Shown: positions 11,579 through 22,258 of the stretch, piece by piece | Position numbering within the stretch: the first letter of the stretch is position 1 | Layout: the number at the start of each line of letters is the position of its first letter | Assembly (NCBI GenBank): GCA_012839925.1 | Contig: DUMJ01000042.1 | Coordinates: forward strand, 31,441-95,440 | Source of the DNA: a bacterium | Lineage (GTDB): Bacteria; DUMJ01 | Direction of reading: 5' to 3' | Length of the DNA stretch: 64,000 bases | The notes under the pieces: model-generated | What the model was told of the DNA's origin: nothing | Seen by the model: the letters and a program-made list of their open reading frames with translations, nothing else | The model's database searches: none | Translations under genes and position numbers: made by a program

Positions 11579-14174
11579 GGTCTATAATCCAGGAGAGATA
11601 GCTCAAAAATGGATAGATATATGGTTTAGCTCAGATATTTTTGCCCCTGATTTTAATAGGGGTAGTGAGGCATTTTCCATAGTATTACCACCTCCAAATG
11701 TAACTGGTAATCTTCACATAGGGCATGCACTTGGTTTTACCCTGGACGATGTGGTGGTTAGATATAAGAGGATGAAGGGTTTTGTAACTCTATGGGTTCC
11801 AGGTACAGACCATGCAGGGATAGCTACTCAGAATGTAGTGGAAAAAGAACTGGCTAAAGAAGGGTTGAGTAGATATGACCTTGGAAGAGAAAAGTTTTTG
11901 GAAAAGATATGGGAATGGAAAGATAGATACAGAAATAATATAGTTAACCAGCTCAGACAGATGGGCTTTAGCTGTGATTGGTCTAGAGAGAGATTTACTA
12001 TGGATGAACACTGCTCTAGAGCGGTTAGAACAGCATTTGTCTCTCTATATAAAAAAGGACTTATCTATAAAGGGGAAAGAATAATAAACTGGTGCCCCAG
12101 ATGCAAGACAGCTCTCTCTGATATAGAGGTAGAGTATGACGAGACTAAAGATAAACTATACTATATAAAATATCCATTAAAGGATGGAGGATATATTACT
12201 ATAGCTACGGTAAGACCTGAGACCATGCTGGGAGATACCGCTGTAGCAGTGAATCCTCAGGATGATAGATATAGAGGACTTATTGGTAAGATAGCTATAC
12301 TGCCACTGGTTGGTAGAGAGTTACCGATAATAGCTGATGAAGCTGTAGAATCAGATTTTGGAACGGGGGCTTTAAAGGTTACCCCTGCCCATGACCCGGC
12401 AGACTTTGAAATAGGTATCAGACACAGGCTTGATAGTATCAGAGTTATAGGTTTGGATGGCAGGATTGATTGTCCAGATATGGATACCTATACCGGTTTG
12501 GACAGGTTTGAAGCCAGAAAACTCATAGTAAGGCATCTGGAAGAGAATGGATATATAGAAAAGATAGAAGATTATACCCACAGTGTAGGGCAATGTGAGA
12601 GATGTGGAACTATAGTTGAACCCTTACTCTCATCCCAATGGTTTGTTTCAATGAAACCCCTGGCTCAAAAGGCATTAGAACGTGATAATGAGGTAAGATT
12701 TATACCAGAGAGATGGAGAAAGGTATATCATGATTGGTTGTTAAATATAAGAGACTGGTGTATTTCCAGACAGATATGGTGGGGACACAGGATACCGGTA
12801 TGGTACTGTGGGGATTGTAATGAAACCATAGTTGAAATGGAAGATCCGACTTCCTGCCCTAAGTGTGGGGGAAATAATTTAAAACAGGAAGAGGACGTTC
12901 TAGATACCTGGTTCAGTTCTGCCCTCTGGCCTATGAGTACCCTTGGCTGGCCGGATGAAACAGAGGACTTTAAGAAATTTTACCCGACTTCTCTTCTCAT
13001 AACCGGTTATGACATTATTTATTTCTGGGTAGCAAGGATGATAATGATGGGTTTGGAGTTCAGTGATAAGATGCCATTTAAAGATGTCTATATAACAGGG
13101 CTGGTTAGAGATGAGAAGGGGCGTAAGATGAGTAAATCTTTAGGGAATGTGATAGACCCTATGGAGATAGTTCGAGACCTTGGAACAGATAGTTTGAGAT
13201 TTGCCTTAACATCTCTGGTCACAGAAGGACAGGATGTAAACATAGGGAATGAAAAACTGGAAGGTGCTAGAAATTTTGCCAATAAGATATGGAATGCAGG
13301 AAGATTTATTCTTATGAGTATCTCTGATCCAGAAGTGCCATCTTCGCTTAATGAACTGGATATATTCAGTAGGTGGATATTGACAGTTATGGAAGAGACG
13401 ATAGAGAAAGCCACTATATGTTATGATAAGTATGATTTTAATGAGATAACTCAGCTTTTGTACAGCTTTTTCTGGGGTGATTTTTGTGATTGGTATATAG
13501 AGGTATCAAAGATACTCCTGAAGACTAATCCGGGTCATACAAGTTGGGTGCTACTTACTGTATTTAGAAATTATCTTAAACTCCTCCATCCCATTATGCC
13601 ATTTATTACAGAGGAACTCTGGAGTTATGTAAAGGATGAAGGAGATGATATTTTATCCCTCTCTAACTGGCCAGCTGACACAGGCTTTAAAGACCAGGAT
13701 AGCGTTAAGAAAGTTAATCTTATATTTGACATCATAAAAGCTATGAGGTCTTTAAAGCAGGAGATGGGGATACCGTTTGAAAAGAAGATAGCTGGTTTTG
13801 TGCATAGCAGGATGTATAATGAGCTCCTTTTATCCAATGTTCGTGTTATTTCTACCTTAGCCAGGATAGAACCGATAGATATACTACCAGAGTTATTACC
13901 CCCTCGGAAAGGGATTATCTCTAATATACAGCCAGACTTTGAAGTATATCTTGAGGTTGGCGGGGTAATAAATATAGATGAAGAGATAGAGAGACTTAAG
14001 AAGAAAATGGAAGAGATAGATTTGCAGATATGTAAGATTGAATCAAGACTTAGCAACAGGGATTTTCTTTTAAAAGCCAGGGAAGAAGCAAAAGAGAAAG
14101 AGAGGAATAGAAGAGAGAATTTATTAAAAGAGAAAGAAAAACTCTTACAGAGGTTAGCTCTTCTATCTTCCTAA
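11556..14174 (+). CDS. valS: Valine--tRNA ligase
   Basis: 872 aa; class I HIGH ([13 protein letters not shown]) and KMSKS (KMSKSLGN) motifs, C-terminal coiled coil; AAGGAGG RBS before ATG 11556. Confidence 0.95.
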   Translation: MSLRELAKVYNPGEIAQKWIDIWFSSDIFAPDFNRGSEAFSIVLPPPNVTGNLHIGHALGFTLDDVVVRYKRMKGFVTLWVPGTDHAGIATQNVVEKELAKEGLSRYDLGREKFLEKIWEWKDRYRNNIVNQLRQMGFSCDWSRERFTMDEHCSRAVRTAFVSLYKKGLIYKGERIINWCPRCKTALSDIEVEYDETKDKLYYIKYPLKDGGYITIATVRPETMLGDTAVAVNPQDDRYRGLIGKIAILPLVGRELPIIADEAVESDFGTGALKVTPAHDPADFEIGIRHRLDSIRVIGLDGRIDCPDMDTYTGLDRFEARKLIVRHLEENGYIEKIEDYTHSVGQCERCGTIVEPLLSSQWFVSMKPLAQKALERDNEVRFIPERWRKVYHDWLLNIRDWCISRQIWWGHRIPVWYCGDCNETIVEMEDPTSCPKCGGNNLKQEEDVLDTWFSSALWPMSTLGWPDETEDFKKFYPTSLLITGYDIIYFWVARMIMMGLEFSDKMPFKDVYITGLVRDEKGRKMSKSLGNVIDPMEIVRDLGTDSLRFALTSLVTEGQDVNIGNEKLEGARNFANKIWNAGRFILMSISDPEVPSSLNELDIFSRWILTVMEETIEKATICYDKYDFNEITQLLYSFFWGDFCDWYIEVSKILLKTNPGHTSWVLLTVFRNYLKLLHPIMPFITEELWSYVKDEGDDILSLSNWPADTGFKDQDSVKKVNLIFDIIKAMRSLKQEMGIPFEKKIAGFVHSRMYNELLLSNVRVISTLARIEPIDILPELLPPRKGIISNIQPDFEVYLEVGGVINIDEEIERLKKKMEEIDLQICKIESRLSNRDFLLKAREEAKEKERNRRENLLKEKEKLLQRLALLSS

Positions 14175-14177
14175 TAG

Positions 14178-15479
14178 ATGGATATATCGTATCAGGATGC
14201 CATAGAGATTATAGAGGGTCTCTCTAATTTTGGCTCAAAGCTGGGTTTGGACCGTATCAAGAGGCTTCTGGATAGATTAGATAATCCTCAGGATAAGATA
14301 CCCGTTATTCATATTGGTGGAACAAACGGAAAAGGTTCTGTCTCAAGGATGATCTCATCTGTACTTACCAGAGCTGGCTATAAGGTTGGACTTTATACAT
14401 CTCCTCACCTTCATTCGATACGGGAAAGGATACAGATTAATAATAGATTAATAGACAAAGATTCTTTTGTAAATACATTAAAGATTCTGCTCCCCTATAT
14501 AGAAGAGCTCACTGATGAAGATGCCGATTTTTATCTTACCGAGTTTGAGATACTGACCGCTATGGCGTTCCTGTACTTTTATATGTCTAAGGTAGACGTA
14601 GTAGTTTTGGAAGTTGGACTGGGTGGGAGATTAGATGCTACCAATGTGGTAAATAATGTTTTGGTCTCAGTGATTACCAATGTGGATTGGGACCATATGG
14701 ATAGATTGGGTAATACTTTAAGTCTCATAGGTAGAGAGAAGGCTGGGATAATAAAGAGAGGAGTCCCGGTTGTTACAGGAGCCAGGGGAGAAGGGTTAGA
14801 TGTAATAGCTGATACTGCTAAGAAGCTGGATTCAAATCTATATATCTTGGGAAGAGATTTCTCAGCAGATTGGTATGTGCTATCTCAGGCTGGTACTGAG
14901 ATGGGTTTTAGAAATGAGATAAAGAGAGAAGAGCTTTTTACCGGGCTCAGAGGTACATATCAGGTAGACAATATGTCCATCGCTATGATGGGATTAGAGA
15001 TAATAAAAAATAGTTTACATTTTTCAGATTCTAGTCTTTTTCAGGGTTTGGCTGAGACATTCTGGCCAGGGAGGATGGAGATTGTTTCAAGAGACCCGTT
15101 AGTATTACTTGATGGTGCTCATAATAAGGGAGGAGCTGAAAAATTTGCCAGTTCTCTGAAGATTCTATTCGATATTAAACCCACACTGGTTGTAGGAATG
15201 CTTAAAGATAAAGATTCCTATGGTATAATAAGTTCAGTACTATCTCTGGCAAAAGAAGATGTTGTTGTAACGTCACCTAGGAATAGCAGAGCTCTCGATG
15301 CAGAAGCTTTGGGTAAAGTGGTTAAGGATCTGGGAGGTAATCCTATAGTTGTTCCTGATGTGAAAGAAAGTGTTAAGATGGCGATTCAGTTGGACTCTGA
15401 CTTTATCTCTGTTATGGGCTCTCTATATGTAGTTGCAGAAGCCCGAGAGGTATTTGTAAATGGGATAGAGAGAGACTAA
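14178..15479 (+). CDS. folC: Bifunctional folylpolyglutamate synthase / dihydrofolate synthase
   Basis: Mur-ligase P-loop HIGGTNGKGS, 433 aa. Confidence 0.9.
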   Translation: MDISYQDAIEIIEGLSNFGSKLGLDRIKRLLDRLDNPQDKIPVIHIGGTNGKGSVSRMISSVLTRAGYKVGLYTSPHLHSIRERIQINNRLIDKDSFVNTLKILLPYIEELTDEDADFYLTEFEILTAMAFLYFYMSKVDVVVLEVGLGGRLDATNVVNNVLVSVITNVDWDHMDRLGNTLSLIGREKAGIIKRGVPVVTGARGEGLDVIADTAKKLDSNLYILGRDFSADWYVLSQAGTEMGFRNEIKREELFTGLRGTYQVDNMSIAMMGLEIIKNSLHFSDSSLFQGLAETFWPGRMEIVSRDPLVLLDGAHNKGGAEKFASSLKILFDIKPTLVVGMLKDKDSYGIISSVLSLAKEDVVVTSPRNSRALDAEALGKVVKDLGGNPIVVPDVKESVKMAIQLDSDFISVMGSLYVVAEAREVFVNGIERD

Positions 15480-15499
15480 ATACATGAGGTGAATCAATA

Positions 15500-15835
15500 A
15501 TGAAATTAAAAGACCTTGAAGAATTACTGTCTGCTAAAGTATTATATGGAGAGTCCCTGCTCGATAAGGATGTGGATTATTTCTATGCCTCAGACCTTAT
15601 GAGTGATATATTAGCCACAGTTAAGGAACCAGGTGTTTTGATCACCGCTATGGTTCAACCTCAGGTAATGAGGACTATTCAGATGCTGGACCTTATTGGA
15701 GTTATCTTTGTAAATGGTAAGTGTCCGCCAGAAGATACGCTCAGGCTAGCCAGATCTATTGAAATTCCAGTACTGGTTACCAGATGTTCTATGTTTGAGA
15801 CCTGTGGAAAGATATATATGTCTCTGGTAAAATGA
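15500..15835 (+). CDS. DRTGG domain protein (hydrogenase-cluster associated)
   Basis: 111 aa; paralog of 17978..18313 (shared ...TLCGKIY / ...FETCGKIY C-terminus); DRTGG proteins typically accompany [FeFe]-hydrogenase regulatory genes. Confidence 0.6.
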   Translation: MKLKDLEELLSAKVLYGESLLDKDVDYFYASDLMSDILATVKEPGVLITAMVQPQVMRTIQMLDLIGVIFVNGKCPPEDTLRLARSIEIPVLVTRCSMFETCGKIYMSLVK

Positions 15836-16698
15836 GAGAAATCGAAAGAGATTTTTATGCCCTTTTAACACTTCCAGTCTCACTTATAATGAATTCTAAT
15901 ATGCCAAAGATCTTGCCTGATAGAAAGGTCTCACAGGTAAGAGAGATACTGCGGATAAATCAACTGGATGGAGTCGCTATAACCGATGAGGAGAGTAGGC
16001 TGGTGGGTATAGTCACCATGTATGACCTTCTCAAGGCTATAGAGGAAAATAAGAGGGACGTTCCTGTCGAAGAGATAATGACTGAGGATGTTATAACTCT
16101 TTCTCCTCATAATACTTTAGCGGACGCCATAGAGTATTTTCGTGTCTATGGGTATGGAAGATTTCCTGTTGTCGATGAGAATAAGGTTTTCCTTGGTATG
16201 GTAACCCCTTTAGACATAGTTATAAGACTTCCCAGTTTGAAAGAAGAGAAGGAAGAGATTAAAGAGGAGGAAAAGAGCAGGGTAGTAAGGCTTGAATTCT
16301 CAATTGAGGGTGGAGATTTTATTAATGGTGGAGAGGCTTCAAGTAAGATAAAAAGATACCTCCAAAATTTGGGATTACCCAATCATATTATTAGAAGAGT
16401 AGCTGTCGCCAGTTATGAAATGGAGATGAATATGGTAATACATGCCTATAGAGGTAAATTACTTATTGAGATATCTTCTGACAAGATTGTTATAAAGGCT
16501 ATAGATGAGGGACCTGGTATAGAAGACGTGGAGAAAGCCAAACAGCCTGGCTATTCGACCGCCTCTCCAAAAGTGAGAGAGTTAGGATTTGGTGCCGGGA
16601 TGGGACTTCCAAATATAATCTCCTGTTCAGATGAGTTTGATATAAAGAGTGCTGTTGGGGTGGGCACAGAAGTAACATCAATAATATATATAAGGTAG
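15832..16698 (+). CDS. CBS-pair + HATPase_c (RsbW-like serine kinase/anti-sigma-type) regulatory protein
   Basis: N-terminal tandem CBS-like segments, C-terminal GHKL ATPase motifs (IDEGPGI...GFGAGMGLP). Confidence 0.6.
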   Translation: MREIERDFYALLTLPVSLIMNSNMPKILPDRKVSQVREILRINQLDGVAITDEESRLVGIVTMYDLLKAIEENKRDVPVEEIMTEDVITLSPHNTLADAIEYFRVYGYGRFPVVDENKVFLGMVTPLDIVIRLPSLKEEKEEIKEEEKSRVVRLEFSIEGGDFINGGEASSKIKRYLQNLGLPNHIIRRVAVASYEMEMNMVIHAYRGKLLIEISSDKIVIKAIDEGPGIEDVEKAKQPGYSTASPKVRELGFGAGMGLPNIISCSDEFDIKSAVGVGTEVTSIIYIR

Positions 16699-16699
16699 G

Positions 16700-17974
16700 A
16701 TGAATGTTATGAGTATGATAAGGATAAACAAGGACCTGTGTAAGGGGTGTGTAAACTGTATAAGGGTTTGTCCCACGGAAGCTTTGAGGGTAAGATTTGG
16801 TAAGGTGGTTCTTTTAGAGGATAGATGTATAGATTGCGGTGAGTGTATAATAGCCTGTCCTGAACATGCCATAGAAGCAGAGACAGAAGAGGTCAGGGAT
16901 ATGTCTAACTATAGGATGAAGGTTGCTCTTGTAAGTTCTGTCCTTTATGCCCAGTTTGGATTGGATGTATCACCATACCTTATAAGGTCCGCTGTAAAAG
17001 AGATGGGTTTTGACCTTATTATGGATGTGGCTTTTGGCACTGAGGTTTCTACCCTCTATCTCAGAGAGTTAGTAAGAGAAAATCCTGAAAAACTTTATAT
17101 ATCTTCAATGTGTCCTTCAGTTGTTAAATTGATACAGATCAGATTCCCTTCTCTGGTAGAGTGTCTTACCCCTATAGCCTCACCTGAAGAGATATCAGCC
17201 AGATATATAAAAGAAAAGCTTATATCTGAAGGTTACAGGGAAGATGAGGTTGGAGTATTCCTTATTACTCCCTGTACTGCCAAAAGTGCAGATATAAAAG
17301 AGGGGAGAGGCTCTCATTATATAAATGGTACCATATCAGTCTCTGAGGCTTACAAATATATAATAAAGTCTCTTAAGACAGTAAAAGAGGATCGTAGTGG
17401 TCCTATCTTTGGGGAAGGAATAAGCTGGGTGAGAGATGGAGGAGAGGCTAAGAGCCTTGGCATATTAAATTACCTGGTTGTCGATGGGGTGAAGAATGTA
17501 CTGAAAGTTTTGGATGACCTGGAGCTGGGTAAACTGAGAGGAATAAATTTTATTGAGGGAAGAATGTGTGGGGGAGGTTGTGTTGGTGGTCCTTTAAATG
17601 TTCAGAACCCGTATCTTGCCAGGGTAAAGATAAGGATGTTAGAGGATACCTACAAGGAGAGTATAGATAAATCTCTATATGAATATCTGGAAGCTAATGA
17701 CTACTTTGCTGGAGAGGAAATCAGGGTTGATTCTTCTCCATACAAATTAGGTGAAGACGTCAGCAGTGCTATAGAGAGGATGCAGGAACTGGAGGAGATA
17801 CTAAAAACTTTACCCGGTATCGATTGTGGCTCCTGTGGAGCTCCAACCTGCAGGGCTTTGGCAGAGGATATAGTAAGTGGAGATGCCAGAATAACAGACT
17901 GTATCTTTAAGCTTAAAGACAATATTGAAGAGTATGCCAGAAGTTTATTAAAAATGATTAGAGAGGTAAAATAA
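16700..17974 (+). CDS. hydS: [FeFe]-hydrogenase-like protein, putative sensory (HydS-type, group C)
   Basis: Two N-terminal 4Fe-4S motifs (CKGCVNCIRVCP, CIDCGECIIACP). H-cluster motifs are modified: L1 SSMCPS (canonical TSCCP), L2 PCTAK, L3 EGRMCGGGCVGGP. C-terminal CGSCGAPTC-x16-C (Cx2Cx4Cx16C) accessory cluster motif. Confidence 0.75.
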   Translation: MNVMSMIRINKDLCKGCVNCIRVCPTEALRVRFGKVVLLEDRCIDCGECIIACPEHAIEAETEEVRDMSNYRMKVALVSSVLYAQFGLDVSPYLIRSAVKEMGFDLIMDVAFGTEVSTLYLRELVRENPEKLYISSMCPSVVKLIQIRFPSLVECLTPIASPEEISARYIKEKLISEGYREDEVGVFLITPCTAKSADIKEGRGSHYINGTISVSEAYKYIIKSLKTVKEDRSGPIFGEGISWVRDGGEAKSLGILNYLVVDGVKNVLKVLDDLELGKLRGINFIEGRMCGGGCVGGPLNVQNPYLARVKIRMLEDTYKESIDKSLYEYLEANDYFAGEEIRVDSSPYKLGEDVSSAIERMQELEEILKTLPGIDCGSCGAPTCRALAEDIVSGDARITDCIFKLKDNIEEYARSLLKMIREVK

Positions 17975-17977
17975 TAT

Positions 17978-18313
17978 ATGACGTTTAGAGAATTACTTGG
18001 GAATTTGCCATTAGAAAACCTGGGGGATGATTTTGATCTGGATAAGTCCCCCAGGGGTGGGTATGTGGGAGACCTGCTCAGTAACGTAATGAGATTTGCC
18101 AAAGAGGGCAATGTCTGGATCACTGTTCAAACTCATATAAATGTTATAGCGGTTGCTACTCTGGTTGGCATAAGTGGGATAATATTCCCCTGTGGAGTAG
18201 AACCTCCAGAAGAGACTATAAAGAAAGCCAGGGAGGAACATATAGCTCTCCTTACCACAAAGTTAGATGCCTTTACACTCTGTGGTAAAATATATGAGTT
18301 AGGTATTAGATGA
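17978..18313 (+). CDS. DRTGG domain protein (second paralog)
   Basis: 111 aa, similar length and C-terminal motif to 15500..15835. Confidence 0.6.
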   Translation: MTFRELLGNLPLENLGDDFDLDKSPRGGYVGDLLSNVMRFAKEGNVWITVQTHINVIAVATLVGISGIIFPCGVEPPEETIKKAREEHIALLTTKLDAFTLCGKIYELGIR

Positions 18314-19059
18314 GATTTGCTTTGGACCTCCATATACATACTCTTTTATCTCCCTGTGCGGGGATAGAGATGATACCTGTAAATATAGTGAGGAGAGTGC
18401 AGGAAGTAGGAATTGATATAATGGCTGTTACTGACCATAATGCAGTGGGTAATGCTGAAAGTGTGATAAAGTCCGCATTAAAGTATGCACCGGGTCTTGG
18501 GGTCTTTCCAGGGATTGAGGTCACCTCTAAAGAAGAGGTTCATATATTGGGGATTCTACCCTCGGTGGAATCTGCCAGGAAACTTGAATCTATGATACAC
18601 TCCCACCTGGTTAATCCTCCGGTAAAAGATTCTCTCGCTGAACAATTGATAGTTGATGAAGATGCAAACTTTATTAGATATGAAGAACATTTTCTTATGG
18701 GGGCGACAGACTTTTCTGTAGAAGAAGTATCAGATCTGATTCACTCTTTTGATGGGATAGTTATACCTGCTCACATTGACAGAGAGTCCTTTGGTCTTAT
18801 ATATAATCTTGGGTTATTTCCTCCCGATCTTGAGGTAGATGCAGTAGAGGTTTCCAAATTTGCTAAAGAAAGCACTTTAGTAAACCTTAGACGTCTTATC
18901 CCTCCGGATGTTCCGGTATTATTTTCCAGTGATGCCCATTTCCTGGATGATATAGTTCCTCCCAGAAGTTTCTTAGAATTGATGGATAAGAGTTTTGATT
19001 CATTAAAAGAAGCATTAAAAAATTATGGATATGTCAGGAATCATAAAACAGGAGGTTAA
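18310..19059 (+). CDS. PHP-domain metal-dependent phosphoesterase
   Basis: N-terminal LDLHIHTLLS...AVTDHN PHP signature; 249 aa. Confidence 0.7.
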   Translation: MRFALDLHIHTLLSPCAGIEMIPVNIVRRVQEVGIDIMAVTDHNAVGNAESVIKSALKYAPGLGVFPGIEVTSKEEVHILGILPSVESARKLESMIHSHLVNPPVKDSLAEQLIVDEDANFIRYEEHFLMGATDFSVEEVSDLIHSFDGIVIPAHIDRESFGLIYNLGLFPPDLEVDAVEVSKFAKESTLVNLRRLIPPDVPVLFSSDAHFLDDIVPPRSFLELMDKSFDSLKEALKNYGYVRNHKTGG

Positions 19060-19061
19060 AG

Positions 19062-19523
19062 ATGGATTCGACTCAGATAAGGCAGTTAAATGAAATAATA
19101 TCCAGATGGACAGGTAAACCTGGAGCCTTGATGCCAGTTCTTCAGGAGATTCAGGAGAAGTTTGGATATATCCCTGAAGATGCGATGAAAGAAGTATCTG
19201 CAAAATTGAATATTCCATTACCTGAGGTATACGGTGTGGTGACCTTCTATCATTTCTTCTCACTGAAACCCAAGGGGAAATATAAGATTCAAGTATGTGA
19301 AGGGACGGCATGCTATGTAAAGGGTGCAAAAAGGGTGTTAGAGAAGTTTGAAGAGGTTTTAGGTATAAAAGTTGGAGACGTCACTCCTGATGGCAAGTTT
19401 TCTATAGAGAGTGTAAGGTGTATAGGAGCGTGCAGCCACGCACCAGCTGTTATGATAAATGACCAGGTGTATGGTCGTATGAATTCGGAAAAAGTATCAC
19501 AGTTGATAAAGACACTCAAATGA
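19062..19523 (+). CDS. hydC: NuoE-like [2Fe-2S] subunit (HydC-type) of NADH-linked bifurcating module
   Basis: 153 aa; thioredoxin-like 2Fe-2S cysteines CEGTACYVKG...CIGACSHAP. Confidence 0.85.
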   Translation: MDSTQIRQLNEIISRWTGKPGALMPVLQEIQEKFGYIPEDAMKEVSAKLNIPLPEVYGVVTFYHFFSLKPKGKYKIQVCEGTACYVKGAKRVLEKFEEVLGIKVGDVTPDGKFSIESVRCIGACSHAPAVMINDQVYGRMNSEKVSQLIKTLK

Positions 19524-20062
19524 TGGAAGAACTTTCCCTGCATATTCTGGATATAGCTGAGAATGGTATAAATGCCGGGGCGAACTGTGTAGAGATAGAA
19601 GTGGATATTGAGAAAAGTAAGGACCTTATGACTATAAAGGTCAGGGATAACGGTAAGGGGATGGACTCTGAAATTCTGGATAAGATAAGAGACCCTTTTT
19701 TCACAACCAGAACTACCCGTAAGGTGGGGCTGGGAGTATCCTTTTTAGACGAACTGGCAGAGCTTACTGGGGGAAGACTTGATATAGATTCTACGCCGGG
19801 TATAGGGACCACTGTCAGGTTGGAGCTTCCTATCAGTCATCCAGATAGACCACCTTTAGGGGATATCATCTCCACTCTTATAACTTTATCTATGATCAAT
19901 ACTGAAGTAAGGATAACTTATGTTGAAAGGAGAGATGATAAGGTCTGGTCCTTTGACTCTGATCAGATTAAGGATTTTCTGACTGACTACTCCTTATTGG
20001 GGAAAATAAAAGAAATATTATATAATAGTTATAAAGATTTTATTGGAGGTGAACTAATTTGA
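19520..20062 (+). CDS. Histidine-kinase-like ATPase (HATPase_c only; HydD-type)
   Basis: 180 aa; GHKL motifs RDNGKGMD, GLGVSF; this gene sits between nuoE- and nuoF-like genes in [FeFe]-hydrogenase operons of thermophilic Firmicutes/Thermotogae. Confidence 0.65.
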   Translation: MMEELSLHILDIAENGINAGANCVEIEVDIEKSKDLMTIKVRDNGKGMDSEILDKIRDPFFTTRTTRKVGLGVSFLDELAELTGGRLDIDSTPGIGTTVRLELPISHPDRPPLGDIISTLITLSMINTEVRITYVERRDDKVWSFDSDQIKDFLTDYSLLGKIKEILYNSYKDFIGGELI

Positions 20063-20430
20063 AATCTTTAGAAGATTTAAAAAGAATAAGAGAGCAGGCG
20101 CAGGCTCAGATAAAACTTAGAACTCAGGAAGCTAACACAAAGATAATAGTTGGGATGGGAACCTGTGGTATAGCCGCAGGTGCAAGAGAGACCCTTATGG
20201 CTATCCTGGATGAGTTATCAAAGAGAAATATTCAGGATGTGGTGGTTACTCAGACTGGATGTGTAGGATTATGCGAGTATGAACCTCTGGTAAACGTTGT
20301 AAAGCCAGGACAACCAAAAATTACCTATATGAAAGTAACTCCAGAGAGAGCAAGACAGATAGTTGCAAGTCACATAGTAAATGACCAGATTATAAATGAA
20401 TGGGTATTGAGTACAGAAGAAGGAGCATAG
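20059..20430 (+). CDS. Thioredoxin-like [2Fe-2S] ferredoxin
   Basis: 123 aa, GMGTCGIAAG...GCVGLCEYEP cysteine pattern. Confidence 0.7.
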   Translation: MKSLEDLKRIREQAQAQIKLRTQEANTKIIVGMGTCGIAAGARETLMAILDELSKRNIQDVVVTQTGCVGLCEYEPLVNVVKPGQPKITYMKVTPERARQIVASHIVNDQIINEWVLSTEEGA

Positions 20431-20431
20431 T

Positions 20432-22243
20432 ATGGCTATAATAAGGACGAATGTTCTGATATGTGCTGGTAGTGCCTGTGTATCATCAAGGGCATACGAT
20501 TTTAAAACCGCACTTTTAGAGGCATTAGAAGAGGCTGGGATAAAAGAAGAAGTAAATGTTGTTGATACTGGATGTATAGGAACCTGTGATTTGGGTCCGG
20601 TAGCTATTGTATATCCAGATGGAATCTTTTATGTCCATCTTAAACCAGAAGATGCCAAGGTTATAGTTAATGAGCATCTTCTAAAAGGCAGGGTGGTTAA
20701 TAGGCTCCTTTATCAGCAACCTATGACAAAAGAGGTATTTCCATCACTTTCAGAGATAGATTTTATAGTAAGACAGAAAAGAATAGTTTTAAGAAATATG
20801 GGGGTTATAGACCCGGAGAGTATAGAAGAGTATATAGCTAAAGAGGGATACCAGGCTCTGGCTAAAGCTCTTACTATGAGTCCTGAAGATGTTATAGACA
20901 CTGTTAAAAAGTCAGGACTGAGAGGAAGAGGTGGGGCAGGTTTCCCTACCGGATTAAAATGGGAGCTTACCCGTAAAGCGACCGGTAATCCCAAATATGT
21001 AATATGCAATGGTGATGAAGGAGACCCAGGTGCATTTATGGATAGAAGTGTACTGGAAGGTGACCCTCATAGCATTATTGAAGGGATGATGATCGCTGGT
21101 TATGCGGTAGGGGCCAGTAAAGGATTCTTCTATGTGAGAGCTGAGTATCCGCTGGCTATAAAGAGGATTGAGAATGCTCTTGAACAGGCAAGGAGTTATG
21201 GGCTTATTGGAGAGAATATACTTGGGACAGATTTTTCTTTTGATATAGAGCTTAGAAGAGGGTCAGGTGCTTTTGTATGTGGAGAAGAAACAGCTCTCAT
21301 CGCCTCCATTGAAGGTGGAAGAGGAGAGCCACGTCCACGTCCACCTTATCCAGCTAACAGAGGATTATGGGATAGTCCAACAGTGATAAATAATGTGGAG
21401 ACACTGGCTAATATTTCTCCCATAATCTTAAATGGTGCTGAATGGTTTAGCAGTACAGGTACAGAGAAGAGTAAGGGGACAAAGGTTTTTGCCCTTGCGG
21501 GTAAGGTCAATAATACCGGTCTTATTGAAGTCCCATTTGGAACTACACTTGGAGAGATTATCTTTGATGTTGGGGGTGGGATACCAGGTGGGAAAAAATT
21601 TAAGGCAGCCCAGACAGGTGGACCATCTGGTGGCTGTATACCTGCAGAGTATCTAGATCTTCCTATAGATTATGAGTCTTTAAAACAGATAGGAGCTATA
21701 GTAGGTTCAGGTGGTCTTATCATTATGGATGAGGATACCTGTATGGTTGATGTGGCAAGATTCTTCCTGGAATTTACTCAGAGTGAGTCCTGTGGTAAAT
21801 GTCCACCATGTCGTGTAGGGACAAGAAAGATGCTGGATATCCTGGAGAGAATAGTAAATGGTGAAGGGGAAGAGGGAGATATAGAAAGACTGATAGAGTT
21901 AGGTGAAGAGATAAGAAGAGATTCATTGTGTGGTCTCGGTCAGACCGCTCCAAATCCCGTGCTGAGTACTATAAGATTCTTCAGGGATGAGTATGAGGCT
22001 CATATTAGAGAGAAGAGATGTCCTGCTAAATCTTGTCGGGCTCTTATCGCATATCAGGTAATACCGGATAAGTGCAGAGGATGTGGTATATGTGCCAGGG
22101 TTTGTCCGGTAGGTGCAGCTCAGGGTAAACCCAGAGAGATTTATCATATAGACACGGGATTATGTATAAAGTGTGGAGACTGCTTTGCCAAGTGTCCTTT
22201 TGGAGCGATAGAAAAGGCAGATCTTGTTTTAGAAAAAGTTTAA
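20432..22243 (+). CDS. hydB: NuoF-like NADH-binding flavoprotein (HydB-type) with N-terminal 2Fe-2S and C-terminal 2x[4Fe-4S] domains
   Basis: 603 aa; GLRGRGGAGFPTGLKWE FMN/NADH motif, ESCGKCPPCRVGT 4Fe-4S, C-terminal CRGCGICARVCP...CIKCGDCFAKCP. Confidence 0.9.
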   Translation: MAIIRTNVLICAGSACVSSRAYDFKTALLEALEEAGIKEEVNVVDTGCIGTCDLGPVAIVYPDGIFYVHLKPEDAKVIVNEHLLKGRVVNRLLYQQPMTKEVFPSLSEIDFIVRQKRIVLRNMGVIDPESIEEYIAKEGYQALAKALTMSPEDVIDTVKKSGLRGRGGAGFPTGLKWELTRKATGNPKYVICNGDEGDPGAFMDRSVLEGDPHSIIEGMMIAGYAVGASKGFFYVRAEYPLAIKRIENALEQARSYGLIGENILGTDFSFDIELRRGSGAFVCGEETALIASIEGGRGEPRPRPPYPANRGLWDSPTVINNVETLANISPIILNGAEWFSSTGTEKSKGTKVFALAGKVNNTGLIEVPFGTTLGEIIFDVGGGIPGGKKFKAAQTGGPSGGCIPAEYLDLPIDYESLKQIGAIVGSGGLIIMDEDTCMVDVARFFLEFTQSESCGKCPPCRVGTRKMLDILERIVNGEGEEGDIERLIELGEEIRRDSLCGLGQTAPNPVLSTIRFFRDEYEAHIREKRCPAKSCRALIAYQVIPDKCRGCGICARVCPVGAAQGKPREIYHIDTGLCIKCGDCFAKCPFGAIEKADLVLEKV

Positions 22244-22258
22244 GAAAGGAGTAGACCT

